Shown here piece after piece: positions 38,051 to 51,400 of a stretch of DNA of 64,000 nt. The notes under the pieces are model-generated. The model saw nothing but the letters and a program-made list of their open reading frames with translations, had not been told where the DNA came from and did not search any database. The stretch is from Eledone cirrhosa. Taxonomy: Eukaryota. The translations under genes were made by a program, and so were the position numbers. The stretch spans positions 25,358,001-25,422,000 of the forward strand of contig OZ024740.1 of NCBI GenBank assembly GCA_964016885.1, read 5' to 3'. Numbering within the stretch: position 1 is the first letter of the stretch; the number at the start of each line of letters is the position of its first letter.

Positions 38051-41000
38051 GTGTTATATGTGTCTGTGTTGTATATGGTTGTGGTGTATGTGGCTGTTTT
38101 GTATGTGGCTGTGTTGTATGAGTCTGTGTTATATGTGGCTGTATTGTATGTGGTTGTGTTGTATGAGGCTGTGTTATATGTGGCTGTGTTGTATATGGTT
38201 GTGTTGTATGTGGCTGTCTTGTATGTGGCTGTGTTGTATGAGGCTGTGTTATATGTGGCTATGTTGTATGTGGTTGTGTTGTATGTGGCTGTCTTGTATG
38301 TGGCTGTGTTGTATGAGGTTCTGTTATATGTGGCTGTCTTGTATGTGGCTGTGTTGTATGTGGCTGTGTTATGTGTGGCTGTGTTATATGTGGCTGTGTT
38401 ATATGTGGCTGTATTGTATGTGGTTGTGTTGTATGTGACTGTGTTGTGTGTGGCTGTGTTGTATGTGGCTGTGTTATATGTGGCTGTGTTATATGTGGCT
38501 GTGTTATATGTGGCTGTGTTGTATGTGGCTGAGTTGTGTTGTATGTGGCCGTGTTGTATGTGGCTGTGTTGTATGTGGCTGTGTTGTATGTGTCTGTGTT
38601 ATATATTGCTGTGTTGTATGTGGCTGTTATGTGTGCCTGTGTTATATATGGCTGTGTTGTGTGTGGCTGTGTTATATGTGGCTGTGTTGTATGTGGCTGA
38701 GTTGTGTTGTATGTGGCCGTGTTGTATGTGGCGGTGTTGTATGTGTCTGTGTTGTATGTGGCTGTGTTGTATGTGGCGGTGTTGTATGTGGCTGTGTTGT
38801 ATGTGGCTGTGTTGTATGTGGCTGTGTCGCTGTGTTGTTTGTGGCTGTGTTATGTGTGGCTATGTTATATGTGGCTGTGTTATATGTGGCTGTGTTGTAT
38901 GTGGTTGTGTTGTATGTGGCTGTGTTGTATGTGGCTGTGTCGCTGTGTTGTATGGCTGTGTTGTATGTGGTTGTGTTATATGTGGCTGTGTTGTATGTGG
39001 CTGTGTTATATGTGGCTGTGTTATATATGGCTGTGTTGTATGTGGCTATGTTATATGTGGCTGTGTTATATGTGGCTGTGTTGTATATGGCTGTGTTATA
39101 TGTGGCTGTGTTGTATGTGGCTGTGTTGTATGTGGCTGTGTTGTATGTGGCTGTGTTGTATGTGGCTGTGTCGCTGTGTTGTATGTGGCTGTGTCATGTG
39201 TGCCTGTGTTATATGTGGCTGTGTTGTATGAGGCTGTGTTTTATGTGGCTGTGTTGTATGTGGCTTTGATATGTGTGTCTGTGTTGTATGTGGCTGTGTT
39301 ATATGTGGCTGTGTTATGTGTGGCTGTGTTATATGTGGCCGTGTTATATGTGGCTGTGTTGTATGTGGCTGTGTTATGTGTGCCTGTGTTATATGTGGCT
39401 GTGTTGTATGAGGCTGTGTTGTATGTGGCTGTGTTGTATGTGGCTTTGATATGTGTGTCTGTGTTGTATGTGGCTGTGTTATATGTGGCTGTGTTCTATG
39501 TCGCTGTGATGTATGTGGCTGTGTTATATGTGGCTGTGTTATATGTGGCTGTGTTGTATGTGGCTGTGTTATATGTGGCTCTGTTGTATGTGGTTGTGTT
39601 GTATGTGGCTGTGTTATATGTGGCTGTGTTATGTGTGACAGTGTTATATGTGGCTGTGTTGTATGTGGCTGTGTTGTATGTGGCTTTGATATGTGTGTCT
39701 GTGTTGTATGTGGCTGTGTTATATGTGGCTGTGTTATGTGTGGCTGCGTTATATGTGGCCGTGTTATATGTGGCTGTGTTGTATGTGGCTGTGTTATGTG
39801 TGCCTGTGTTATATGTGGCTGTGTTATGTGTGGCTGTGTTATATGTGGCTGTGTTATGTGTGACTGTGTTATATGTGGCTGTGTTGTATGTGGCTGTGTT
39901 GTATGTGGCTTTGATATGTGTGTCTGTGTTGTATGTCGCTGTGTTATATGTGGCTGTGTTATGTGTGGCTATGTTATATGTGGCCGTGTTATATGTGGCT
40001 GTGTTGTATGTGGCTGTGTTATGTGTGGCTGTGTTGTATGTGGCTGTGTTATATATGGCTGTGTTGTATGCGGCTGTGTTATATGTGGCTGTGTTGTATG
40101 TGGCTGTGTTGTATGTGGTTGTGTTATATGTGGTTGTGTTGTATGTGGCTGTGTTATATGAGGTTGTGTTATATGTGGCTGTGTTGTATGTGGCTGTGTT
40201 ATATGTGGCTGTGTTATATGTGGTTGTGTTGTATGTGGCTGTGTTATATGTGGCTGTGTTATATGTGGTTGTGTTGTATGTGGCTGTGTTATATGTGGCT
40301 GTGTTGTATGTGGCTGTGTTGTATGTGGCTGTGTTATATGTGGCTGTGTTATATATGGCTGTGTTGTATGTGGCTGTGTTATGTGTGCCTGTGTTATATA
40401 TTGCTGTGTTGTGTGTGGCTGTGTTCTATGTGGCTGAGTTGTGTTGTATGTGGCGGTGTTGTATGTGGCTGTGTTGTATGTGGCCGTGTTGTATGTGACT
40501 GTGTTATATGTGGCTGTATTATGTGTGGCTGTGTTATATGTGGCCGTGTTGTATGTGGCTGTGTTGTATGTGGCTGTGTTGTATGTGGCTTTATTGTATG
40601 TGGCTGTGTTGTATGTGGCTGTGTTGTATGTGGCTGTGTTATATGTGGCTGTGTTGTATGTGGCTGTCTTGTATGTGGCTGTGTTGTATGTGGCTGTTTT
40701 ATGTGTGGTTGTGTTGTATGTGGCTGTGTTGTATGTGACTGTGTTGTATGTGGCTGTGTTATATGTGTCTGTGTTGTATATGGTTGTGGTGTATGTGGCT
40801 GTTTTGTATGTGGCTGTGTTGTATGAGGCTGTGTTATATGTGTCTGTGTTGTATATGGTTGTGTTGTATGTGGCTGTCTTGTATGTGGTTGTGTTCTATG
40901 TGGCTGTGTTGTATGTGGCTGTGTTATATGTGGCTGTGTTATATATGGCTGTGTTTTATGTGGCTGTGTTGTGTGTGGCTGTGTTGTGTGTGGCTGTGTT

Positions 41001-42446
41001 CTATGTGGCTGTGTTGTATGTGGCTGTGTTATATGTGGCTGTGTTGTATGTGGCTGTGTTGTATGTGGCTGTGTTATGTGTGGGTGTGTTATATGTGGCT
41101 GTGTTGTATGTGGTTGTGTTATCTGTGGCTGTGTTGTATGTGGCTGTGTTATATGTGGCTGTGTTATGTGTGCCTGTGTTATATGTGGCTGTGTTTTATG
41201 TGTCTGAGTTGTATGTGGCTGTGTTGTATGTGGCTGTGTCGCTGTTTTGTATGTGGCTGTGTTATGTGTGCCTGTGTTATATGTGGCTGTGTTGTATGAG
41301 GCTGTGTTTTATGTGGCTGTGTTGTATGTGGCTTTGATATGTGTGTCTGTGTTGTATGTGGCTGTGTTATATGTGGCTGTGTTATGTGTGGCTGTGTTGT
41401 ATGTGGCTGTGTTATGTGTGCCTGTGTTATATGTGGCTGTGTTGTATGAGGCTCTGTTGTATGTGGCTGTGTTGTATGTGGCTTTGATATGTGTGTCTGT
41501 GTTCTATGTGGCTGTGATGTATGTGGCTGTGTTATATGTGGCTGTATTATATGTGGCTGTGTTGTATGTGGTTGTGTTGTATGTGGCTGTGTTATGTGTG
41601 GCTGTGTTATATGTGGCTATGTTATCTGTGGCTGTGTTGTATGTGGCTGTGTTATGTGTGCCTGTGTTATATGTGGCTGTGTTATGTGTGGCTATGTTAT
41701 ATGTGGCTGTGATATGTGTGACTGTGTTATATGTGGCTGTGTTGTATGTGGCTGTGTTGTATGTGGCTTTGATATGTGTGTCTGTGTTGTATGTGACTGT
41801 GTTATATGTGGCTGTGTTATGTGTGGCTGTCTTATATGTGGCCGTGTTATATGTGGCTGTGTTGTATGTGGTTGTGTTATGTGTGCCTGTGTTATATGTG
41901 GCTGTGTTGTGTGGCTGCGTTGTATGTGGCTGTGTTATGTGTGGCTGTGTTGTATGTGGCTGTGTTATATGGCTGTGTTGTATGTGGTTGTGTTGCATGC
42001 GGCTGTGTTGTATGTGGTTGTGTTGCATGCGGCTGTGTTTTATGTGGTTGTGCTGCATGCGGCTGTGTCGCATGTGGCTGTGTTGTATGTGGCTGTGTTG
42101 TATGTGGTTGTGTTGCATGCGGCTGTGTCGCATGTGGCTGTGTTGTATGTGGCTGTGTTATATATGGCTGTGTTGTATGTGGCTGTGTTATATGTGGCTG
42201 TGTTGTATGTGGCTGTGTTGTATGTGGTTGTGTTATATGTGGTTGTGTTGTATGTGGCTGTGTTATATGTGGTTGTGTTATATGTGGCTGTGTTGTATGT
42301 GGCTGTGTTATATGTGGCTGTGTTATATGTGGTTGTGTTGTATGTGGCTGTGTTATATGTGGCTGTGTTGTATGTGGCTGTGTTGTATGTGGTTGTGTTA
42401 TATGTGGCTGTGTTGTATGTGGCTGTGTTATATGTGGCTGTGTTAT

Positions 42447-45400
42447 ATGTGGTTGTGTTGTATGTGGCTGTGTTATATGTGGCTGTGTTGTATGTGGCTG
42501 TGTTGTATGTGGTTGTGTTATATGTGGCTGTGTTGTATGTGGCTGTGTTATATGTGGCTGTGTTGTATGTGGCTGTGTTGTATGTGGCTGTGTTATATGT
42601 GGCTGTGTTATATATGGCTGTGTTGTATGTGGCTGTGTTGTGTGTGCCTGTGTTATATATTGCTGTGTTGTGTGTGGCTGTGTTCTATGTGGCTGAGTTG
42701 TGTTGTATGTGGCGGTGTTGTATGTGGCTGTGTTGTATGTGGCCGTGTTGTATGTGACTGTGTTATATGTGGCTGTGTTATGTGTGGCTGTGTTATATGT
42801 GGCCGTGTTGTATGTGGCTGTGTTGTATGTGGCTGTGTTGTATGTGGCTTTATTGTATGTGGCTGTGTTGTATGTGGCTGTGTTGTATGTGGCTGTGTTA
42901 TATGTGGCTGTGTTGTATGTGGCTGTCTTGTATGTGGCTGTGTTGTATGTGGCTGTGTTATGTGTGGCTGTGTTGTATGTGGCTGTGTTGTATGTGACTG
43001 TGTTGTATGTGGCTGTGTTATATGTGTCTGTGTTGTATATGGTTGTGGTGTATGTGGCTGTTTTGTATGTGGCTGTGTTGTATGAGGCTGTGTTATATGT
43101 GGTTGTGTTGTATGTGGCTGTCTTGTATGTGGCTGTGTTGTATGTGGCTGTGTTATATGTGGCTGTGTTATATGTGGCTGTGTTATATGTGGCTGTGTTG
43201 TATGTGGCTGTGTTGTATGTGGCTGTGTTGTATGTGGTTGTGATGTATGTGGCTGTGTTATATGTGGTTGTGTTGTATGTGGTTGTGTTGTATGTGGCTG
43301 TGTTGTGTGTGGCTGTGTTATATGTGGCTGTGTTGTATGTGGTTGTGTTGTATGTGATTGTGTTATATGTGGCTGTGTTATATGTGGTTGTGTTATATGT
43401 GCCTGTGTTATATGTGCCTGTGTTATATGTGGCTGTGTTGTATGTGGCTCTGTTGTATGTGGCTGTGTTGTATGTGGCTGTGTTGCATGTGGCTGTGTTG
43501 TATGTGGCTGTGTTGTATGTGGCTGTGTTATATGTGGCTGTGTTATATGTGGCTGTGTTGTATGTGCCTGTGTTATATGTGGTTGTGTTATGTGTGGCTG
43601 TGTTGTATGTGGTTGTGATGTATGTGGCTGTGTTATATGTGGTTGTGTTGTATGTGGTTGTGTTGTATGTGGCTGTGTTGTATGTGGCTGTGTTATATGT
43701 GGCTGTGTTGTATGTGGCTGGGTTGTATGTGGCTGTGTTGTATGTGGCTGTGTTGTATGTGGTTGTGTTATATGTGGCTGTGTTATATGTGGCTGTGTTG
43801 TATGTGGCTGTGTTGTATGTGGTTGTGTTCTATGTGGCTGTGTTGTATGTGGCTGTGTTATATGTGGCTGTGTTATGTGTGCCTGTGTTATATGTGGCTG
43901 TGTTTTATGTGTCTGAGTTGTATGTGGCTGTGTTGTATGTGGCTGTTTTGTACGTGTCTGTGTTGTATGTGGCTGTGTTATATGTGGCTGTGTTGTATGT
44001 GGCTGTGTTATGTGTGCCTGTGTTGTATGTGGCTGTGTTGTATGTGTCTGTGTTGTATGTGGCTGTGTTATATGTGGCTGTGTTATGTGTGGCTGTGTTA
44101 TATGTGGCTGTGTTATATGTGGCTGTGTTGTATGTGGCTGTGTTGTATGTGGCTGCGTTGTATGTGGCTGTGTTATATGTGGCTGTGTTATATGTGGCTG
44201 TGTTGTATGTGGTTGTGTTGTATGTGGCTGTGTTATATGTGGCTGTGTTGTATGTGGCTGTGTTATGTGTGCCTGTGTTGTATGTGGCTGTGTTGTATGT
44301 GTCTGTGTTGTATGTCGCTGTGTTGTGTGGCTGTGTTGTATGTGGCTGTGTTATATGTGGCTGTGTTATATATGGCTGTGTTGTATGTGGCTGTGTTATA
44401 TGTGGCTGTGTTATATGTGGCTGTGTTGTATGTGGCTGTGTTATATGTGGCTGTGTTGTATGTGGCTGTGTTGTATGTGGCTGTGTTGTATGTGGCTGTG
44501 TTGTATGTGGCTGTGTCGCTGTGTTGTATGTGGCTGTGTTATGTGTGCCTGTGTTATATGTGGCTGTGTTGTATGAGGCTGTGTTTTATGTGGCTGTGTT
44601 GTATGTGGCTTTGATATGTGTGTCTGTGTTGTATGTGGCTGTGTTATATGTGGATGTGTTATGTGTGGCTGTGTTATATGTGGCCGTGTTATATGTGGCT
44701 GTGTTGTATGTGGCTGTGTTATATGTGCCTGTGTTATATGTGGCTGTGTTGTATGAGGCTGTGTTGTATGTGGCTGTGTTGTATGTGGCTTTGATATGTG
44801 TGTCTGTGTTGTATGTGGCTGTGTTATATGAGGCTGTGTTCTATGTGGCTGTGATGTATGTGGCTGTGTTATATGTGGCTGTGTTATATGTGGCTGTGTT
44901 GTATGTGGCTGTGTTATATGTGGCTGTGTTGTATGTGGTTGTGTTGTAAGTGGCTTTGATATGTGTGTCTGTGTTGTATGTGGCTGTGTTATATGTGGCT
45001 GTGTTATGTGTGGCTGTATTATATGTGGCCGTGTTATATGTGGCTGTGTTGTATGTCGCTGTGTTATGTGTGCCTGTGTTATATGTGGCTGTGTTAAGTG
45101 TGGCTGTGTTATATGTGGCTGTGTTGTATGTGGCTGTGTTATATGTGGCTGTGTTATATGTGGCTCTGTTATATGTGGCTCTGTTGTATGTGGCTGTGTT
45201 GTATGTGGCTGTGTTGTATGTGGCTGTGTTGTATGTGGCTGTGTTGTATGTGGCTGTGTTGTATGTGGCTGTGTTATGTGTGGCTGTGTTATGTGTGCCT
45301 GTGTTATATGTGGCTGTGTTATGTGTGGCTGTGTTATGTGTGGCTGTGTTGTATGTGGTTGTGTTATATGTGGCTGTGTTGTATGTGGCTGTGTTATGTG

Positions 45401-48400
45401 TGGCTGTGTTATATGTGACTGTGTTGTATGTGGCTGTGTTATATGTGGCTGTGTTATATGTGACAGTGTTGTATGTGGCTGTGTTGTATGTGGCTGTGTT
45501 GTATGTGGTTGTGTTGTATGTGGCTGTGTTATATGTGGCTGTGTTATGTGCGACTGTGTTATATGTGGCTGTGTTGTATGTGGTTGTGTTGTATGTGGCT
45601 GTGTTGTATGTGGCTGTGTTTTATGTGGCTGTGTTATATAAGGCTGTGTTGTATGTGGCTGTGTTATATGTGGCTGTGTTATATGTAGCCGTGTTATATG
45701 TGGCTGTGTTGTATGTGGCTGTGTTGTATGTGGCTGTGTCGCTGTGTTGTATGTGGCTGTGTTGTATGTGGCTGTGTTGTATGTGGCTGTGTGGCTGTGT
45801 TATATGTGTCGGTGTTATATGTGGCTGTGTTACGTGTGCCTGTGTTGTATATGGCTGTGTTGTGTGTGGCTGAGTTGTGTTGTATGTGGCTGTTTTGTAT
45901 GTGGCTGAGTTGTGTTGTATGTGGCGGTGTTGTATGTGGTTGTGTTGTATGTGGCTGTGTTCTATGTGGCTGAGTTATATGTGGCTGTGTTGTATGTGGC
46001 TGTGTTGTATGTGGCTGTGTTGTATGTGGTTGTGTCGTATGTGGCTGTGTTGTATGTGGCTGTGTTATATGTGGCTGTGTTGTATGTGGCTGTGTTGTAT
46101 GTGGCTGTGTTATGTGTGGGTGTGTTATATGTGGCTGTGTTGTATGTGGTTGTGTTATGTGTGGCTGTGTTGTATGTGGCTGTGTTATATGTGGCTGTGT
46201 TATGTGTGCCTGTGTTATATGTGGCTGTGTTTTATGTGTCTGAGTTGTATGTGGCTGTGTTGTATGTGGCTGTTTTGTACGTGTCTGTGTTGTATGTGGC
46301 TGTGTTATATGAGGCCGTGTTGTATGTGGCTGTGTTATATGTGGCTGTGTCGTATGTGGTTGTGTTATGTGTGCCTGTATTATATGTGGCTGTGTTGTAT
46401 GTGTCTGTGTTGTATGTGGCTGTGTTATATGTGGCTGTGTTGTATGAGGCTGTGTTGTATGTGACTTTGATATGTGTGTCGGTGTTGTTTGTGGCTGTGT
46501 TATATGTGGCTGTGTTATGTGTGGCTGTGTTATATGTGGCTGTGTTATATGTGGCTGTGTTGTATGTGGCTGTGTTGTATGTGGCTGTGTTGTATGTGGC
46601 TTTGGTCTACCTGGTTGTGTTGCATGTGGCTGTGTTGTATGTTGCTGTGTTGTATGTGGCTGTGTTATATATTGCTGTGTTGTATGTGGCTGTGTTCTAT
46701 GTGACTGAATTGTGTTGTATGTGGCCGTGTTGTATGTGGCCGTGTTGTATGTGGCTGTGTTGTATGTGGCTGTGTTGTATGTGGCTGTGTTATATATTGC
46801 TGTGTTGTATGTGGCTGTTATGTGTGGCTGTGTTATATATGGCTGTGTTGTGTGTGGCTGTGTTCTATGTGGCTGAGTTGTGTTGTATGTGGCCGTGTTG
46901 TATGTGGCGGTGTTGTATGTGGCTGTGTTATGTGTGGCTGTGTTATGTGTGCCTGTGTTATATGTGGCTGTGTTATGTGTGGCTGTGTTATATGTGGCTG
47001 TGTTGTATGTGGTTGTGTTATATGTGGCTGTGTTGTATGTGGCTGTGTTATGTGTGGCTGTGTTATATGTGGCTGTGTTGTATGTGGCTGTGTTATATGT
47101 GGCTGTGTTATATGTGACAGTGTTGTATGTGGCTGTGTTGTATGTGGCTGTGTTGTATGTGGTTGTGTTGTATGTGGCTGTGTTATATGTGGCTGTGTTA
47201 TGTGCGACTGTGTTATATGTGGCTGTGTTGTATGTGGTTGTGTTGTATGTGGCTGTGTTGTATGTGGCTGTGTTTTATGTGGCTGTGTTATATAAGGCTG
47301 TGTTGTATGTGGCTGTGTTATATGTGGCTGTGTTATATGTAGCCGTGTTATATGTGGCTGTGTTGTATGTGGCTGTGTTGTATGTGGCTGTGTAGCTGTG
47401 TTGTATGTGGCTGTGTTGTATGTGGCTGTGTTGTATGTGGCTGTGTGGCTGTGTTATATGTGTCGGTGTTATATGTGGCTGTGTTACGTGTGCCTGTGTT
47501 GTATATGGCTGTGTTGTGTGTGGCTGAGTTGTGTTGTATGTGGCTGTTTTGTATGTGGCTGAGTTGTGTTGTATGTGGCGGTGTTGTATGTGGTTGTGTT
47601 GTATGTGGCTGTGTTCTATGTGGCTGAGTTATATGTGGCTGTGTTGTATGTGGCTGTGTTGTATGTGGCTGTGTTGTATGTGGTTGTGTCGTATGTGGCT
47701 GTGTTGTATGTGGCTGTGTTATATGTGGCTGTGTTGTATGTGGCTGTGTTGTATGTGGCTGTGTTATGTGTGGGTGTGTTATATGTGGCTGTGTTGTATG
47801 TGGTTGTGTTATGTGTGGCTGTGTTGTATGTGGCTGTGTTATATGTGGCTGTGTTATGTGTGCCTGTGTTATATGTGGCTGTGTTTTATGTGTCTGAGTT
47901 GTATGTGGCTGTGTTGTATGTGGCTGTTTTGTACGTGTCTGTGTTGTATGTGGCTGTGTTATATGAGGCCGTGTTGTATGTGGCTGTGTTATATGTGGCT
48001 GTGTCGTATGTGGTTGTGTTATGTGTGCCTGTATTATATGTGGCTGTGTTGTATGTGTCTGTGTTGTATGTGGCTGTGTTATATGTGGCTGTGTTGTATG
48101 AGGCTGTGTTGTATGTGACTTTGATATGTGTGTCGGTGTTGTTTGTGGCTGTGTTATATGTGGCTGTGTTATGTGTGGCTGTGTTATATGTGGCTGTGTT
48201 ATATGTGGCTGTGTTGTATGTGGCTTTGGTCTACATGGTTGTGTTGCATGTGGCTGTGTTGTATGTTGCTGTGTTGTATGTGGCTGTGTTATATATTGCT
48301 GTGTTGTATGTGGCTGTGTTCTATGTGACTGAATTGTGTTGTATGTGGCCGTGTTGTATGTGGCCGTGTTGTATGTGGCTGTGTTGTATGTGGCTGTGTT

Positions 48401-51400
48401 GTATGTGGCTGTGTTATATATTGCTGTGTTGTATGTGGCTGTTATGTGTGGCTGTGTTATATATGGCTGTGTTGTGTGTGGCTGTGTTCTATGTGGCTGA
48501 GTTGTGTTGTATGTGGCCGTGTTGTATGTGGCGGTGTTGTATGTGGCTGTGTTGTTTGTGGCTGTGTTGTATGTGGCTGTGTCGCTGTGTTGTTTGTGGC
48601 TGTGTTATGTGTGGCTGTGTTATATGTGGCTGTGTTATATGTGGCTGTGTTGTATGTGGTTGTGTTGTATGTGGCTGTGTTGTATGTGGCTGTGTCGCTG
48701 TGTTGTATGGCTGTGTTGTATGTGGTTGTGTTATATGTGGCTGTGTTGTATGTGGCTGTGTTATATGTGGCTGTGTTATATATGGCTGTGTTGTATGTGG
48801 CTGTGTTATATGTGGCTGTGTTATATGTGGCTGTGTTATATGTGGCTGTGTTGTATGTGGCTGTGTTGTATGTGGCTGTGTTGTATGTGGCTGTGTTGTA
48901 TGTGGGTGTGTCGCTGTGTTGTATGTGGCTGTGTTATGTGTGCCTGTGTTATATGTGGCTGTGTTGTATGAGGCTGTGTTTTATGTGGCTGTGTTGTATG
49001 TGGCTTTGATATGTGTGGCTGTGTTGTATGTGGCTGTGTTATATGTGGCTTTGTTATGTTTGGCTGTGTTATATGTGGCCGTGTTATATGTGGCTGTGTT
49101 GTATGTGGCTGTGTTATGTGTGCCTGTGTTATATGTGGCTGTGTTGTATGAGGCTGTGTTATATATGGCTGTGTTCTATGTGGCTGTGATGTATGTGGCT
49201 GTGTTATATGTGGCTGTGTTATATGTGTCTGTGTTCTATGTGGCTGTGATGTATGTGGATGTGTTATTTGTGGCTGTGTTATATGTGGCTGTGTTATGTG
49301 TGACTGTGTTATATGTGGCTGTGTTGTATGTGGCTGTGTTGTATGTGGCTTTGATATGTGTGTCTGTGTTGTATGTGGCTGTGTTTTATGTTGCTGTGTT
49401 ATGTGTGGCTGTGTTATATGTGGCCGTGTTATATGTGGCTGTGTTGTATGTGGCTGTGTTATGTGTGCCTGTGTTATATGTGGCTGTGTTATGTGTGGCT
49501 GTGTTATATGTGGCTGTGTTGTATTTGGCTGTGTTATATGTGGCTGTGTTATATGTGGCTCTGTTATATGTGGCTGTGTTGTATGTGGCTGTGTTGTATG
49601 TGGCTGTGTTGTATGTGGCTGTGTTGTATGTGGCTGTGTTGTATGTGGCTGTGTTATGTGTGGCTGTGTTATGTGTGCCTGTGTTATATGTGGCTGTGTT
49701 ATGTGTGGCTGTGTTATATGTGGCTGTGTTGTATGTGGTTGTGTTATATGTGGCTGTGTTTTATGTGGCTGTGTTATGTGTGGCTGTGTTATATGTGGCT
49801 GTGTTGTATGTGGCTGTGTTATATGTGGCTGTGTTATATGTGGCAGTGTTGTATGTGGCTGTGTTATATGTGGCTGTGTTGTATGTGGTTGTGTTGTATG
49901 TGGCTGTGTTATATGTGGCTGTGTTATGTGCGACTGTGTTATATGTGGCTGTGTTATATGTGGCTGTGTTGTATGTGGCTGTGTTTTATGTGTCTGTGTT
50001 ATATAAGGCTGTGTTGTATGTGGCTGTGTTATATGTGGCTGTGTTATATGTAGCTGTGTTATATGTGGCTGTGTTGTATGTGGCTGTGTTGTATGTGGCT
50101 GTGTCGCTGTGTTGTATGTGGCTGTGTTGTATGTGGCTGTGTTGTATGTGGCTGTGTGGCTGTGTTATATGTGTCGGTGTTATATGTGGCTGTGTTACGT
50201 GTGCCTGTGTTATATATGGCTGTGTTGTGTGTGGTTGAGTTGTGTTGTATGTGGCTGTGTTGTATGTGGCTGAGTTGTGTTGTATGTGGCGGTGTTGTAT
50301 GTGGCTGTGTTGTATGTGGCTGAGTTGTGTTGTATGTGGCGGTGTTGTATGTGGCTGTGTTGTATGTGGCTGTGTTATGTGTGGCTGTGTTATATGTGGC
50401 TGTGTTATATGTGGCTGTGTTGTATGTGGCTGTGTTATATGTGGCTGTGTTGTGTGTGGCTGTGTTCTATGTGGCTGAGTTGTGTTGTATGTGGCCGTGT
50501 TGTATGTGGCGGTGTTGTATGTGGCTGTGTTGTTTGTGGCTGTGTTGTATGTGGCTGTGTCGCTGTGTTGTTTGTGGCTGTGTTATGTGTGGCTGTGTTA
50601 TATGTGGCTGTGTTATATGTGGCTGTGTTGTATGTGGTTGTGTTGTATGTGGCTGTGTTGTATGTGGCTGTGTCGCTGTGTTGTATGGCTGTGTTATATG
50701 TGGCTGTGTTATATATGGCTGTGTTGTATGTGGCTGTGTTATATGTGGCTGTGTTATATGTGGCTGTGTTGTATGTGGCTGTGTTATATGTGGCTGTGTT
50801 GTATGTGGCTGTGTTGTATGTGGCTGTGTTGTATGTGGCTGTGTTGTATGTGGATGTGTCGCTGTGTTGTATGTGGCTGTGATATGTGTGCCTGTGTTAT
50901 ATGTGGCTGTGTTGTATGAGGCTGTGTTTTATGTGGCTGTGTTGTATGTGGCTTTGATATGTGTGTCTGTGTTGTATGTGGCTGTGTTATATGTGGCTGT
51001 GTTATGTTTGGCTGTGTTATATGTGGCCGTGTTATATGTGGCTGTGTTGTATGTGGCTGTGTTATGTGTGCCTGTGTTATATGTGGCTGTGTTGTATGAG
51101 GCTGTGTTATATATGGCTGTGTTCTATGTGGCTGTGATGTATGTGGCTGTGTTATATGTGGCTGTGTTATATGTGTCTGTGTTCTATGTGGCTGTGATGT
51201 ATGTGGATGTGTTATTTGTGGCTGTGTTATATGTGGCTGTGTTGTATGTGGCTGTGTTATATGTGGCTGTGTTGTATGTGGTTGTGTTGTATGTGGCTGT
51301 GTTATATGTGGCTGTGTTATGTGTGACTGTGTTATATGTGGCTGTGTTGTATGTGGCTGTGTTGTATGTGGCTTTGATATGTGTGTCTGTGTTGTATGTG

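Noticed and set aside
24640-42133. Minus-strand mucin-like ORFs (TTQPH, YNTAT, QHSH repeats) suggesting a giant mucin exon
   Set aside because: Frequent indels that are not multiples of 3 shift the reading into the QHSHI frame, which hits TAA at every TTA variant. No signal peptide or flanking domain is visible.
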